This document shows, one piece after another, positions 1 through 8,815 of a stretch of DNA of 48,860 nucleotides. A program made the translations under genes and the position numbers. This stretch comes from Candidatus Fervidifonticultor sextus (GTDB taxonomy: Bacteria; Sysuimicrobiota; Sysuimicrobiia; Sysuimicrobiales; Humicultoraceae). The notes below the pieces were generated by a model. That model ran no database searches. It was not told the DNA's origin and saw nothing but the letters and a program-made list of their open reading frames with translations. The stretch covers positions 1 through 48,860 of the forward strand of contig JAVKHQ010000021.1 of NCBI GenBank assembly GCA_031459875.1, in the 5' to 3' direction. Position 1 is the first letter of the stretch, and each line of letters begins with the position of its first letter.

Positions 1-3
1 TGA

Positions 4-339
4 ACTCGACGAGACTATACATGGTTGGTGGCATCTTGTGAAGCCACAAGATATAGAACATTTTTCAGCATCCTGCTAGGCCGGCAGGACGCTAAATACC
101 GATAGGGTAGCCGGCATGTTGGCAGGTACCGCCACTGCGAAGATGCCAACCGTGATAACCTCTCATTCGTCATTGATGGAAGGTACAGAGAACCGGTGAG
201 GGAGCACTTCGACTCTCATACCTACGTCTATACCTACCGCGTGGGCGACGGTGGGTCGGTGACGTTCCAGATTCGTGATGACAATTACGCCGATAATGTG
301 GGAGCGCTGGAGGCGGCCGTCTGCGAGAAACGCTGGTAG
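4..339 (+). pseudogene. Degraded gene fragment with a beta-rich C-terminal domain (possibly lectin-like)
   Basis: Frame 1 reads ...LLGRQDAKYR*GSRHVGRY...LSFVIDG...HTYVYTYRVGDGGSVTFQIRDDNYADNVGALEAAVCEKRW*. There is an in-frame TAG at 103-105 and no start codon; GC is lower than in the rest of the window. Confidence 0.4.
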
Positions 340-391
340 TAGACTAGCAGTTACCCCGATCCCTCTGGCCTCCGGGACAACGATCTAAGGC

Positions 392-624
392 TCAACCCCT
401 GGGCGCCTTCAACAGTTCCTCCGGGCTGACCCCCAGCGCGGGGGCCAGCCAGTGGATGTTCACGAGGCCGGTATTCCGCCTGCCCGCTCACAACTGCTCA
501 CGTAGGTCCGATCCAGTCCGGTCTCGTGGGCGAGTTGCTCCTGAGACAGACCCCGGGAGCGCCGCACCTCGCGCAGCCTGAGCCCGAACCTGATCCGTGG
601 ATCTGAAGGAGCCCGCTTCCCCAC
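392..624 (-). pseudogene. XRE/Cro-C1 HTH regulator, restriction-modification controller (C-protein) type, frameshifted
   Basis: GTG at 624 gives MGKRAPSDPRIRFGLRLREVRRSRGLSQEQLAHETGLDRTYVSSCER. After a 1-nt deletion at about 483-485 it continues GRRNTGLVNIHWLAPALGVSPEELLKAPRG* (TGA 392-394). Length 233 nt = 3n-1. Confidence 0.85.
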
Positions 625-646
625 GCCTGAATTGTCGAGGGGCTCT

Positions 647-672
647 GACTATCAGTCCACGGACGATGAGTC
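647..672 (-). promoter_or_regulatory. C-box double operator of the controller gene
   Basis: Minus strand GACT-cat-CGTC CGTG GACT-gat-AGTC lies 22 nt upstream of the C-protein GTG. It matches the GACT-N3-AGTC tandem-dyad architecture of PvuII/AhdI/Esp1396I-type C-boxes. Confidence 0.8.
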
Positions 673-684
673 ACGTCGCTTGAT

Positions 685-1059
685 GTGCCGCGAGGCACTC
701 TTGATGCGCCGGGCGAACTCGGACGTGGTAAGGATCACCTCCGCGTGCCCAAGCTTCGTTTCTCGATCGACCTGACGGCACCGCCGCTGAGTCTGGCGGC
801 TCAGGCCCTGGCCGTCAGTCGAGTCCAGGAATTCGTAAAGAAGAACAGCCTGACAGTCGAGGAACGAGAGAGCGCCTACCACCGCGACTTCGCCGTGACT
901 ATCCCGGCCGACCGCGTGAATGACCTCCTGTGGGAGCTCGACCTGCAGGGTCTCCTGTATCCCACCCAGGTCATTAGCGGGAATTCCGATCTCCACGTCG
1001 GGTTGGAGGAGAGATTCTCGTGGGTGGAGTGGGTAGATGGGCAAGAGGAGGCCTACTGA
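685..1059 (+). CDS. Hypothetical protein (true start may be GTG at 745)
   Basis: Open frame with protein-like composition, divergent from the C-protein gene; no motif recognised. Confidence 0.5.
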   Translation: MPRGTLDAPGELGRGKDHLRVPKLRFSIDLTAPPLSLAAQALAVSRVQEFVKKNSLTVEERESAYHRDFAVTIPADRVNDLLWELDLQGLLYPTQVISGNSDLHVGLEERFSWVEWVDGQEEAY

Positions 1060-1147
1060 AGTCGGGAACTCGAAGTGTCACCCCTCGTCTACGCGGTCGC
1101 GGGGTCTGTGGGCTGGTCGGGGCGGCTGCCGAGGACGGTGTCCGGTT

Positions 1148-1690
1148 TCACGGCGACCGTGAGCCCCCACGGGTGTTGTGCTTGGCCAATGCCAGCCAGG
1201 CCAGGGCACCAATGAGTCCGACAAGAGTGCAGGCGTAGTGCATGAGGTAGAAGCTTCCGTCCCTCAGGAAGGGGTTCGAGGAAGAGAAGGGCCAGAAGGG
1301 GCTGACATCGGGGTGGATGACGGCGTCGAGCAGGACGTGGGAGATCCCGCCGACTGTCCCACCGATGAGCGCGGCAGCCCAGGTGATGGGTACGACTTCC
1401 CCAACCAGCCACGCGGGCATGCCCTCCACCTGACGGAGGAGGCTCCGAAACAGCGGGTTCAGGGCGTTGAAGATGTGACGGCCAAGCACGGCGGCCAGCA
1501 GGCCGGCGAGGGTCGCACCGGCAAGGCTGTGCAGGGGCCCGTGAAGCGGGGAGGCGGAGACGAGCACCCCACGGGCTGACTCCAGGTCGATGACGATCTG
1601 GGTCAGGGTGAAGATCCGAAGGCTGAAGTGCCGGCGAGCGGAGACCTTCAGGGCAATGGCCGGGCCCAGGTGAAAGGGCGTTAGCGGCAC
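1148..1690 (-). CDS. DUF4184/YdjM-like membrane metal-dependent hydrolase
   Basis: MPLTPFHLGPA N-terminus plus IDLE, LHGPLHSL and SHVLLDAVIH motifs; GTG at 1690. Confidence 0.75.
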   Translation of the reverse strand: MPLTPFHLGPAIALKVSARRHFSLRIFTLTQIVIDLESARGVLVSASPLHGPLHSLAGATLAGLLAAVLGRHIFNALNPLFRSLLRQVEGMPAWLVGEVVPITWAAALIGGTVGGISHVLLDAVIHPDVSPFWPFSSSNPFLRDGSFYLMHYACTLVGLIGALAWLALAKHNTRGGSRSP

Positions 1691-1763
1691 GGGCGTACCC
1701 CGCCCTTCATGGCAACAGGGCGTCTGCCAATCGGGTTCACGGTCCAGACGCCCGCAGGACCCC

Positions 1764-2102
1764 TCATTCAGCTTTACGCGCCGGGGCCCGGAGTAGAGGA
1801 GCCGCCGCGAACAGCAGCCCGACGCCGATGAGATCAAAGACCATCCGGTTCTCGCGCCTCATGTGGATAGGGAGGATCGGGTTGAAGAGCACGGCAACAG
1901 CGCCCAATATCCATGTCCACACGTGACGCCCGTCCGCATAGGCGACCCAACCCCCGTAGGCGCTGGCGGCGGTGACCACCCAACGCACGAACACGTAGTA
2001 CCCATATGGCCACCTGAGGAGCGCCAGGAGCAAGAGCACCGCGCCGAGTACGAGCCCTGGGCTCAGCGAGAAACGATCGTGGCGACCGCTCAAGACCGTC
2101 AC
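1764..2102 (-). CDS. DUF6804-family small membrane protein
   Basis: WPYGYYxFxRW and LFNPILPIH motifs; hydrophobic segments. Confidence 0.75.
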   Translation of the reverse strand: MTVLSGRHDRFSLSPGLVLGAVLLLLALLRWPYGYYVFVRWVVTAASAYGGWVAYADGRHVWTWILGAVAVLFNPILPIHMRRENRMVFDLIGVGLLFAAAPLLRAPARKAE

Positions 2103-2120
2103 CTCCTGTTGTGGCTTATC

Positions 2121-2555
2121 CTACCAGGGAGATCCTCCATTTCCGACCGAAGCAGGACATGCGTACGCACCTCGCGTGAGAGCAAGGCGATGAAACTGCG
2201 CGTTCTGCGGACCAGGAATCGGGAGGGGGAATCGGCTGGTGCATTGCCTGTCTGGAAAAACGCGGTGAGGAAAGCGACGAATCCAGGACTCGTGCTGAGC
2301 GAAGTTGCAGTGCTTGTCCGAGAACAGGACTACATGGTTGTCGAACACGACCATTAGATCACACAGCTCTCTTCCGTCGCCCTTCCCATTCCGAAGACCC
2401 TCGTCTGTGAAGAGTTTGGGATAGCTCCAAAGGCTAGGGAACGTGCGCCGGGCGAGCTGCGCCAGGTAGCGCTCTGATGGGGGCCGTCCAGACGTCAGGT
2501 TTTGAATACCTGCATCCAAGGATGCTGCTCCCATGTTCGCCATTCGACCCCGCAT
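2121..2555 (-). pseudogene. Truncated, internally deleted NERD/PD-(D/E)xK-like protein (N-terminus of the family usually annotated as SEC-C-domain protein)
   Basis: SERYLAQLARRTFxSLWSYP...GKGDGRELCDLMVVFDNHVVLFSDK motif joined directly to ESWIRRFP...FHRLALTRG, then a premature stop; much shorter than the members I recall. Confidence 0.6.
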
Positions 2556-2565
2556 CCGGAAACAA

Positions 2566-2609
2566 CTGTAGCCCAGGAGGTCGCAGATTCAAGTCCCGTC
2601 GGTCACCCC
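2566..2609 (+). mobile_element. Degenerate 3' half of tRNA-His; att-like island boundary
   Basis: ctgtagc-ccagg-aggtc-gcaga-ttcaagt-cccgt-cggtcac-c-cc corresponds to anticodon loop, 3' anticodon stem, variable loop, mismatched T-arm, acceptor 3' strand and C discriminator. No 5' half is present upstream. Confidence 0.7.
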
Positions 2610-2911
2610 GGCTACGGCTGCCAACATCTCTCCGGTCGCCACGTTCCCGCTCCGGCTGATTCCCCGCATAGGTTGATCGGCCACAGGCGGGGCTGCCGCG
2701 TAAGGGAAGGCCGCCTTGCGCGTCTTCCCGCTCGTGGCCGGTCACCTACATCCCGCGGGCGGTCTATCGTGCCAGGGTTCACGGCAACTAGCTTCACGCC
2801 ATATGAGATCCGACTGCTGAGCGTCGCTGCGCTTCTACGCCAAGGGGAAGCACGCGCCCAGGAGGCACGGACGCCTCTTCATACGTTTCGACGGTCACAA
2901 CGGCGGTGGGC

Positions 2912-5470
2912 TTAAATCAGACTGCTCCGCAGCCACTCCGCGAGCGCTCGCCACCCGAACCCGATGAGCCCCGCGATGATGGCGACGATCAGCAGGACGC
3001 CCCACCGCCGGTTGAGCAGGAGCACCCAGAGCACAAAGGGCAGGGCGAGCAGACCTTCCCACAGGAGCAGGGTCCCGGTGCGGGCAATGATGCCGAATGC
3101 CCCCGCCACAAACGTCAGGACGGCCCAGCCGAAGAAGAACACCAGCGCCAGGGTGACCAGTTTGCGGACCGCGCTGTCGCGGCCCCAGATCGCGATGGCC
3201 GGCCACTGGATGAACCCGAGCGCGATTCCCAACCCCCGCCCCGTGTAGCCGAACAGCGGGCGGAGGGGGCCCGGGGCGCCCACGTCCCCCAACCGCCGGA
3301 GCATGTTCCGGAAGACCCACCCCGCCCGCAGGGCCAGCGGTACCTTGGCTTCGGCCGGCAGGTCGGCCACCGTCTCCGCGCCGATCTTGTACTCGCGCTC
3401 GAGAAAGGTCCGGTAGTCGGGATGGGTAGCCGGCTGCCAGAGCCCGGAGAGTTCCTCCCGGCAGACGGCGTCCTGGACCGCCCGGATGTGACGCTCCACG
3501 ACCTGGGGCGCCTGGCCTTCCAGCAGGACCCGCATGATGACCTCGGAGGCGTCCAGCCGTCCCCAGAGGATGTCGTTGGCGCGCCAGCGCCGGCTGAGGA
3601 ACCCGCCGAAGTGCCCCAGCACGTCGCCGGAGAGTTTGTCCTCGGGTGGTTTGCGGACGTACAGGGCGGCCTGGGGACTGATGCGGATGAAGCGCACTTC
3701 CTGGCGCTCGCCGAGGTCGGCCAGGAGGTCCAGCGGGAGGATGAACATGTCCCTGATCTCGTAGCGGTCGAAGATCGCCGGAAAGGGATGCGGGGGAAAC
3801 CTGGACGACGCCACGCCCTGGGCTTTCAGCCGGGCGATGGCGTCTTCGATCTCCTGGCAGGCGGCCAGCGTGTCCATCCGCAGGCGCTGCAGGCCGTCCT
3901 CCATGGCGGCGCCGACGAGCGCCAGCGTTCGTTGAACCGCCGCACTGAGCGCATCCCCACCCTGGCCTCGCAGCCCGCGGATCGCCTGAGCGGTCTGCTC
4001 CTCCTGCTCGAACACGCGCCGGCCGAGGGAGCGGATCCCTTCCAGCCGCGTCCACAGGGCGGCGCGGGCCGCCTTGAACAGGTCGCGCTGCTCCGGGATG
4101 AGGGTGGTGGAAAACTCGTCGAGCGTGGCAATCAAATAGTACGCCCGCCGCAGCCGGAAGCCGTCGTCGAAGGTGTGGAGGAACTGCGCGTCGCCGGCTG
4201 AGCGCGCATGGGCCCGCACGCCGTCCTCCACGAACTCGCGTTGGTCGGCCGGCAGGGGCGCGGTGCGGACGATCCGCTCGGTCACCGCGGAGATGACCGC
4301 GTCCACCTTGAGGGCCTGGTAGGCGTAGTAGAGGACCTGCTGCTCCAGGAAGGCCCGGAACTGCTCCGTGGTACCTTCGTTGACGATCCGCTGGAACTTC
4401 TCGGTGATGACCCGCTCGATCTTGAACAGCTGCCCGGCGAAGGCCCGCACCCGGGCGTTGTGGGTCTCGAGGCGCTCCAGGTCTCCGGCGATGCTCTGGT
4501 ACATGGGGATGCCCGAGGCGGCCTTGAACAGGACCTCCAGGACCTCGGGTTCCGGACCGGGCTCGTCCTGCGATGCGTAGCGTTCGGGGTCGGGCTCGAC
4601 GCTGAACAGCCAGCGCCGCACCGGGCGGTCGCTCTGGCGCGCGAAGATCGTCTCGAGGGTCTCGGTAAACGGCTTGTTGTGCAGGATGCCGCCGTCGGAG
4701 AAGTAGGCCGCCTCGGGTTCGCCGGGGCGGAAGAGCGCGGCGTTGTCGGCGCGTTTGCGGATCAGGTCGGGCTCGAAGGCCGCGGGAAAGGCGCTGGTGG
4801 CCCTGGCGACCTCGACGAGCGCCGCGTTGCTCGCCGGGCCGAAGTCGCTGTGGTCGTACCCCAGGCTGGGGTCGGCCGGGTTGTAGCCCTTCGTGCGGAA
4901 GCGCAACTGGAACAGCTTGCGGTAGTCCCGCGTCTGCACGGTCTGTCCCAGGCTGTCGGTGAACTCCCTGACCATGCCCCGCAGGCGCGTGCCCGATACG
5001 AACAGGTCGAGCACCTCGATCAGGCGCCGGCCGCTCGCGGTGCGGTCCATGGTGCGGAACGCCTCGGCGAGCTGCTCCTCGAAGAAGTCCGACCGCAGCA
5101 GCGACCGCGGCATCGGCTCGGTGGGCGGCTGCAGGAGTTTGTCGAAGTCGGCCCGGTCGATCCAGAACTGGCTGATCGCCGCGAGGTCGGCGCCGGTGGC
5201 CAGGGCTTTCGCGAGCAGGATGCCGTTGATGCCGCCGGCAGACGTGCCGGAGATGACGTCCACCGTGGCGGTCACGTTGGCCAGCTTCAGGGCGCCGGTG
5301 TAGGCGTTGAACTCCTCGCCCCGGCTGGCCCGGAGCAGGTGCCAGAACTCCCGGACGATGCCGAACATGTAGACTGCCAGCGAGACCCCGCCGTACAAGA
5401 CCAGCCCGATGCGGAGTTCGCGGAGGGGACCGGGAACGGGCGGCGCGGGTGTCGCCGGAGGAGCAGGCAT
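2912..5470 (-). CDS. Patatin-like phospholipase with DUF3376 domain and C-terminal TM helices
   Basis: GGVSLAVYM, GTSAGG (GxSxG), catalytic DGG, WRANDILWGRLD; hydrophobic C-terminus; GGAGG RBS. Confidence 0.9.
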   Translation of the reverse strand: MPAPPATPAPPVPGPLRELRIGLVLYGGVSLAVYMFGIVREFWHLLRASRGEEFNAYTGALKLANVTATVDVISGTSAGGINGILLAKALATGADLAAISQFWIDRADFDKLLQPPTEPMPRSLLRSDFFEEQLAEAFRTMDRTASGRRLIEVLDLFVSGTRLRGMVREFTDSLGQTVQTRDYRKLFQLRFRTKGYNPADPSLGYDHSDFGPASNAALVEVARATSAFPAAFEPDLIRKRADNAALFRPGEPEAAYFSDGGILHNKPFTETLETIFARQSDRPVRRWLFSVEPDPERYASQDEPGPEPEVLEVLFKAASGIPMYQSIAGDLERLETHNARVRAFAGQLFKIERVITEKFQRIVNEGTTEQFRAFLEQQVLYYAYQALKVDAVISAVTERIVRTAPLPADQREFVEDGVRAHARSAGDAQFLHTFDDGFRLRRAYYLIATLDEFSTTLIPEQRDLFKAARAALWTRLEGIRSLGRRVFEQEEQTAQAIRGLRGQGGDALSAAVQRTLALVGAAMEDGLQRLRMDTLAACQEIEDAIARLKAQGVASSRFPPHPFPAIFDRYEIRDMFILPLDLLADLGERQEVRFIRISPQAALYVRKPPEDKLSGDVLGHFGGFLSRRWRANDILWGRLDASEVIMRVLLEGQAPQVVERHIRAVQDAVCREELSGLWQPATHPDYRTFLEREYKIGAETVADLPAEAKVPLALRAGWVFRNMLRRLGDVGAPGPLRPLFGYTGRGLGIALGFIQWPAIAIWGRDSAVRKLVTLALVFFFGWAVLTFVAGAFGIIARTGTLLLWEGLLALPFVLWVLLLNRRWGVLLIVAIIAGLIGFGWRALAEWLRSSLI

Positions 5471-5545
5471 CGACCAACCTCCTGGATTGGTGCAGGGAGG
5501 TTCGCGTCTGGCTCGGGAAACCCCTGGCTGGCAGGACTCCTCGGG

Positions 5546-6064
5546 TTACGGCGCGAGGGGGGCCACCGCGAACACGACGTGGAACGGCTTGCAGTAGATG
5601 ACCACCGCGCGGTAGTCGGCGAGGTTGGTTTCCGCTGGCAGCGTGTAGTTCTGGCTGCCGATGTTAGCCTTCAGCCTGGCGACCTCGAGGTACCCTGCCA
5701 TCACGTCGGCGCGCGTCCTGGGCGAGGCGTGCCTTGTGAGGATCACGCGCAGGTCGGGACCGTTCGTCACCCTGAACGGGTCCAGGCGGAGGACAACCTC
5801 CCCGCCGACCCGATAGAGCGTCGCGGTTCCTTGGCCCTTGTGGAAGTCGTCCGCGCCGGCGAAGGTGCCGCGGGCAAGGACCGCGCCCTGGGCGGTGCCT
5901 GGGGGCATCGGATCCGCGGATGCGGCCGGCACACCGCCCGGGAACGGTTCGTCCACCACGCGGTTGATGAACAGCGGCGAGCCCAGATACCAGGCGATCG
6001 GCGCGCCGACGATGACGAGGACGGCGACCATCCCCCAGGCCCACTTCGGAATCCGTCGTCGCAT
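5546..6064 (-). CDS. Membrane-anchored DM13 domain protein
   Basis: N-terminal TM; GTFxGADxFHxGxG, NGPDLRVIL, LKANIGSQNY and VVIYCxxFxVxF motifs. Confidence 0.88.
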   Translation of the reverse strand: MRRRIPKWAWGMVAVLVIVGAPIAWYLGSPLFINRVVDEPFPGGVPAASADPMPPGTAQGAVLARGTFAGADDFHKGQGTATLYRVGGEVVLRLDPFRVTNGPDLRVILTRHASPRTRADVMAGYLEVARLKANIGSQNYTLPAETNLADYRAVVIYCKPFHVVFAVAPLAP

Positions 6065-6169
6065 GGGCTGACTCCCCTCTCCCTGCGGCAGGTTCGTAGT
6101 CTGCCACAAGCGATTGACGCCCAACTGGACGTGCTACCGGTGCTCTCTTATGATCGGTACCCGAGAGCG

Positions 6170-6207
6170 GGTAAACCGCGATGAAGGTTCGGTTAAGATT
6201 GTGTAAA
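6170..6207 (-). promoter_or_regulatory. Four tandem direct repeats, OmpR/PhoP-family-like boxes
   Basis: Minus strand TTTACA-N5-TTAACC-N5-TTCATC-N4-TTTACC, in an AT-rich patch between the divergent DM13 and AKR genes. Confidence 0.55.
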
Positions 6208-6289
6208 ATCCCCGCCGGTGTTCCGGTCACGACGGGCCAGCATGCCGTGGTCCTGGGAGCCACGGGGGTGGTATTCTTAAATTATAGAT

Positions 6290-7276
<987 letters not shown>

Positions 7277-7393
7277 GCGGATGCTGAGTGGCAAAGCGGT
7301 ACAGGCTGAACGGCCCGAGGCGATGATATTGCTCCGCTCGCTCCCGCCGAGCAGGGCCAGGATGCCAAGACGCCGGCCGACAGGCAGACGGCC

Positions 7394-8815
7394 CTAGCGG
7401 CTCAGCAGGATCGGCAGGGTCAGCGCGATCACCACCACCAGCGCCCACAGCGCTGGCGCCGAGGTGAGCAGGTGTTCCCTGCGGCGGACCACGCGGGCTT
7501 CCTCGACCCGCGACCGCGGGATCCACCACGGGTTGAAGCGGGCCTCCAGCAGGTGGAAGACGACGCCCATCGCGGCACCGTAGGCGAAGTGCGCCACCAG
7601 GCTGCCGAAGAGCGCTGCGGCGGCCTCGGCCGTCCACTGGGGCGCCGCGCCCAGCAGGATGGGCATGAGCGTGAGCGGCCCGAGCACCCACCACAGGAAG
7701 CCGTAGGCGACGCCCCACCCCAGCGCCGAGCTGACGTCGAAGCTCTGCCGGCGGAAGAACAGCCCGTAGCTCGCGCCGATGGCGCAGGCGACGACAACCT
7801 GTACGGTGACGCCGGCCAGCGCCGACTTCAACCCGACCAGGCCGGCCGCCGCCGGGATGAACCCGGTGCGCACAGCCACCACGGTAAAGAGCGCTCCACC
7901 GGCCAGCCCGGCCAGCACGCCGCGGCCGATGGCGCGCAGGCCCTCGGTGCCGATGCCTTCCTGGTCCCCGCCGCCGCGGATGTCGGAGAACAGCAGGCGC
8001 GCCACGCCGTCCAGCCATTGGACGCCCAGGCCGACCGCGGCCCCGAAGAGCAGGTAGCCTGGCAGCACGGAAAACCCTGTGCGGGCGTCCTCGACCGACC
8101 AGGCCAGCCCGGCTCCGCGGGCCAGCGGCACGATGGTCAGGGGCCAGAGGGCCCACCAGAAGAAGCCGAAGACCATGCCGCGGACCAGGGCCGGCCCGGT
8201 GCCGTCCGGGGGCCGCGGGTAGAGCAGGGCGAAGCTGACCCCACCCAACAGGCCGATCACCGGGGTCCACGAGCCGTCCGCCCGCGGTTCGAGCAGCGCG
8301 ACGAGCGGCCAGGCGCCGGCGAGGCCCGCGGCGGCGCCCCGGACCAGCACGCCGACCAGCGCCCGGCCCCCCAGCGCGTCTTTGGGCAGGGGGTCGCGCC
8401 GAATCGCCGCCAGGGCCAGGCCCATGGCGGCGCCGTAGCCGAGATGCGCCAGCAGGCTCGCGAAGGCCTCCTGCGCCGAGTGCACGTCCCAGGCGATGAC
8501 CCCGATCCGCAACAGCGGCAGCAGGGTCAGCGGGCCGAGGAACCACCAGAGCGCGCCGTAGGTGAGGCCCCAGAACAACGTCTCGCCGGCTCCCGGGCGC
8601 TGGTGCCAGACGAGCACGCCGAAGCCAGCCCCGAGGATCGCCGCGACGATCAGGTGGACGACCACGCCGGCGCCGGCAGCGCCCGGACGCACCAGCGACG
8701 CGGTGGAGGGGAGCGCGGTGATCTGCGCCAGGGCCGCTCCGGAGATCAGGCCGCCGACCAGGCCGGCCAGGGCGCCGGGAAGAACGCCGCGGGCGAACCA
8801 GTCGCGGGTCCTCAC
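7394..8815 (-). CDS. Polytopic membrane protein with three tandem 4-TM repeats (DUF6789/DUF1440-like)
   Basis: GTG at 8815 overlaps the upstream TGA (GTGA). Three repeats of G-x-x-A-G-L-x-G...G-x-x-(Y/F)-G-x-x-WW-x-x-(G/W)-PLT...(H/Y)-x-x-(Y/F)-G. Confidence 0.85.
   Translation of the reverse strand: MRTRDWFARGVLPGALAGLVGGLISGAALAQITALPSTASLVRPGAAGAGVVVHLIVAAILGAGFGVLVWHQRPGAGETLFWGLTYGALWWFLGPLTLLPLLRIGVIAWDVHSAQEAFASLLAHLGYGAAMGLALAAIRRDPLPKDALGGRALVGVLVRGAAAGLAGAWPLVALLEPRADGSWTPVIGLLGGVSFALLYPRPPDGTGPALVRGMVFGFFWWALWPLTIVPLARGAGLAWSVEDARTGFSVLPGYLLFGAAVGLGVQWLDGVARLLFSDIRGGGDQEGIGTEGLRAIGRGVLAGLAGGALFTVVAVRTGFIPAAAGLVGLKSALAGVTVQVVVACAIGASYGLFFRRQSFDVSSALGWGVAYGFLWWVLGPLTLMPILLGAAPQWTAEAAAALFGSLVAHFAYGAAMGVVFHLLEARFNPWWIPRSRVEEARVVRRREHLLTSAPALWALVVVIALTLPILLSR

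Noticed and set aside
732..742. ggatcacctcc matching the 16S rRNA 3' end
   Set aside because: No other rRNA sequence around it; a chance match or a Shine-Dalgarno complement.
1148..2555. Integron cassette array of small same-strand genes
   Set aside because: No attC RYYYAAC...GTTRRRY sites; only one 9-bp inverted repeat (1718-1753).
2566..2609. Intact tRNA gene (His, or Tyr from the GTA in the loop)
   Set aside because: No 5' acceptor strand or D-arm, mismatched T-stem, and a short variable loop that excludes bacterial tRNA-Tyr; kept only as an att-like fragment.
2912..5470. Patatin as a CBASS CapV-type effector
   Set aside because: Domain architecture differs and there is no CD-NTase or other defence partner nearby.
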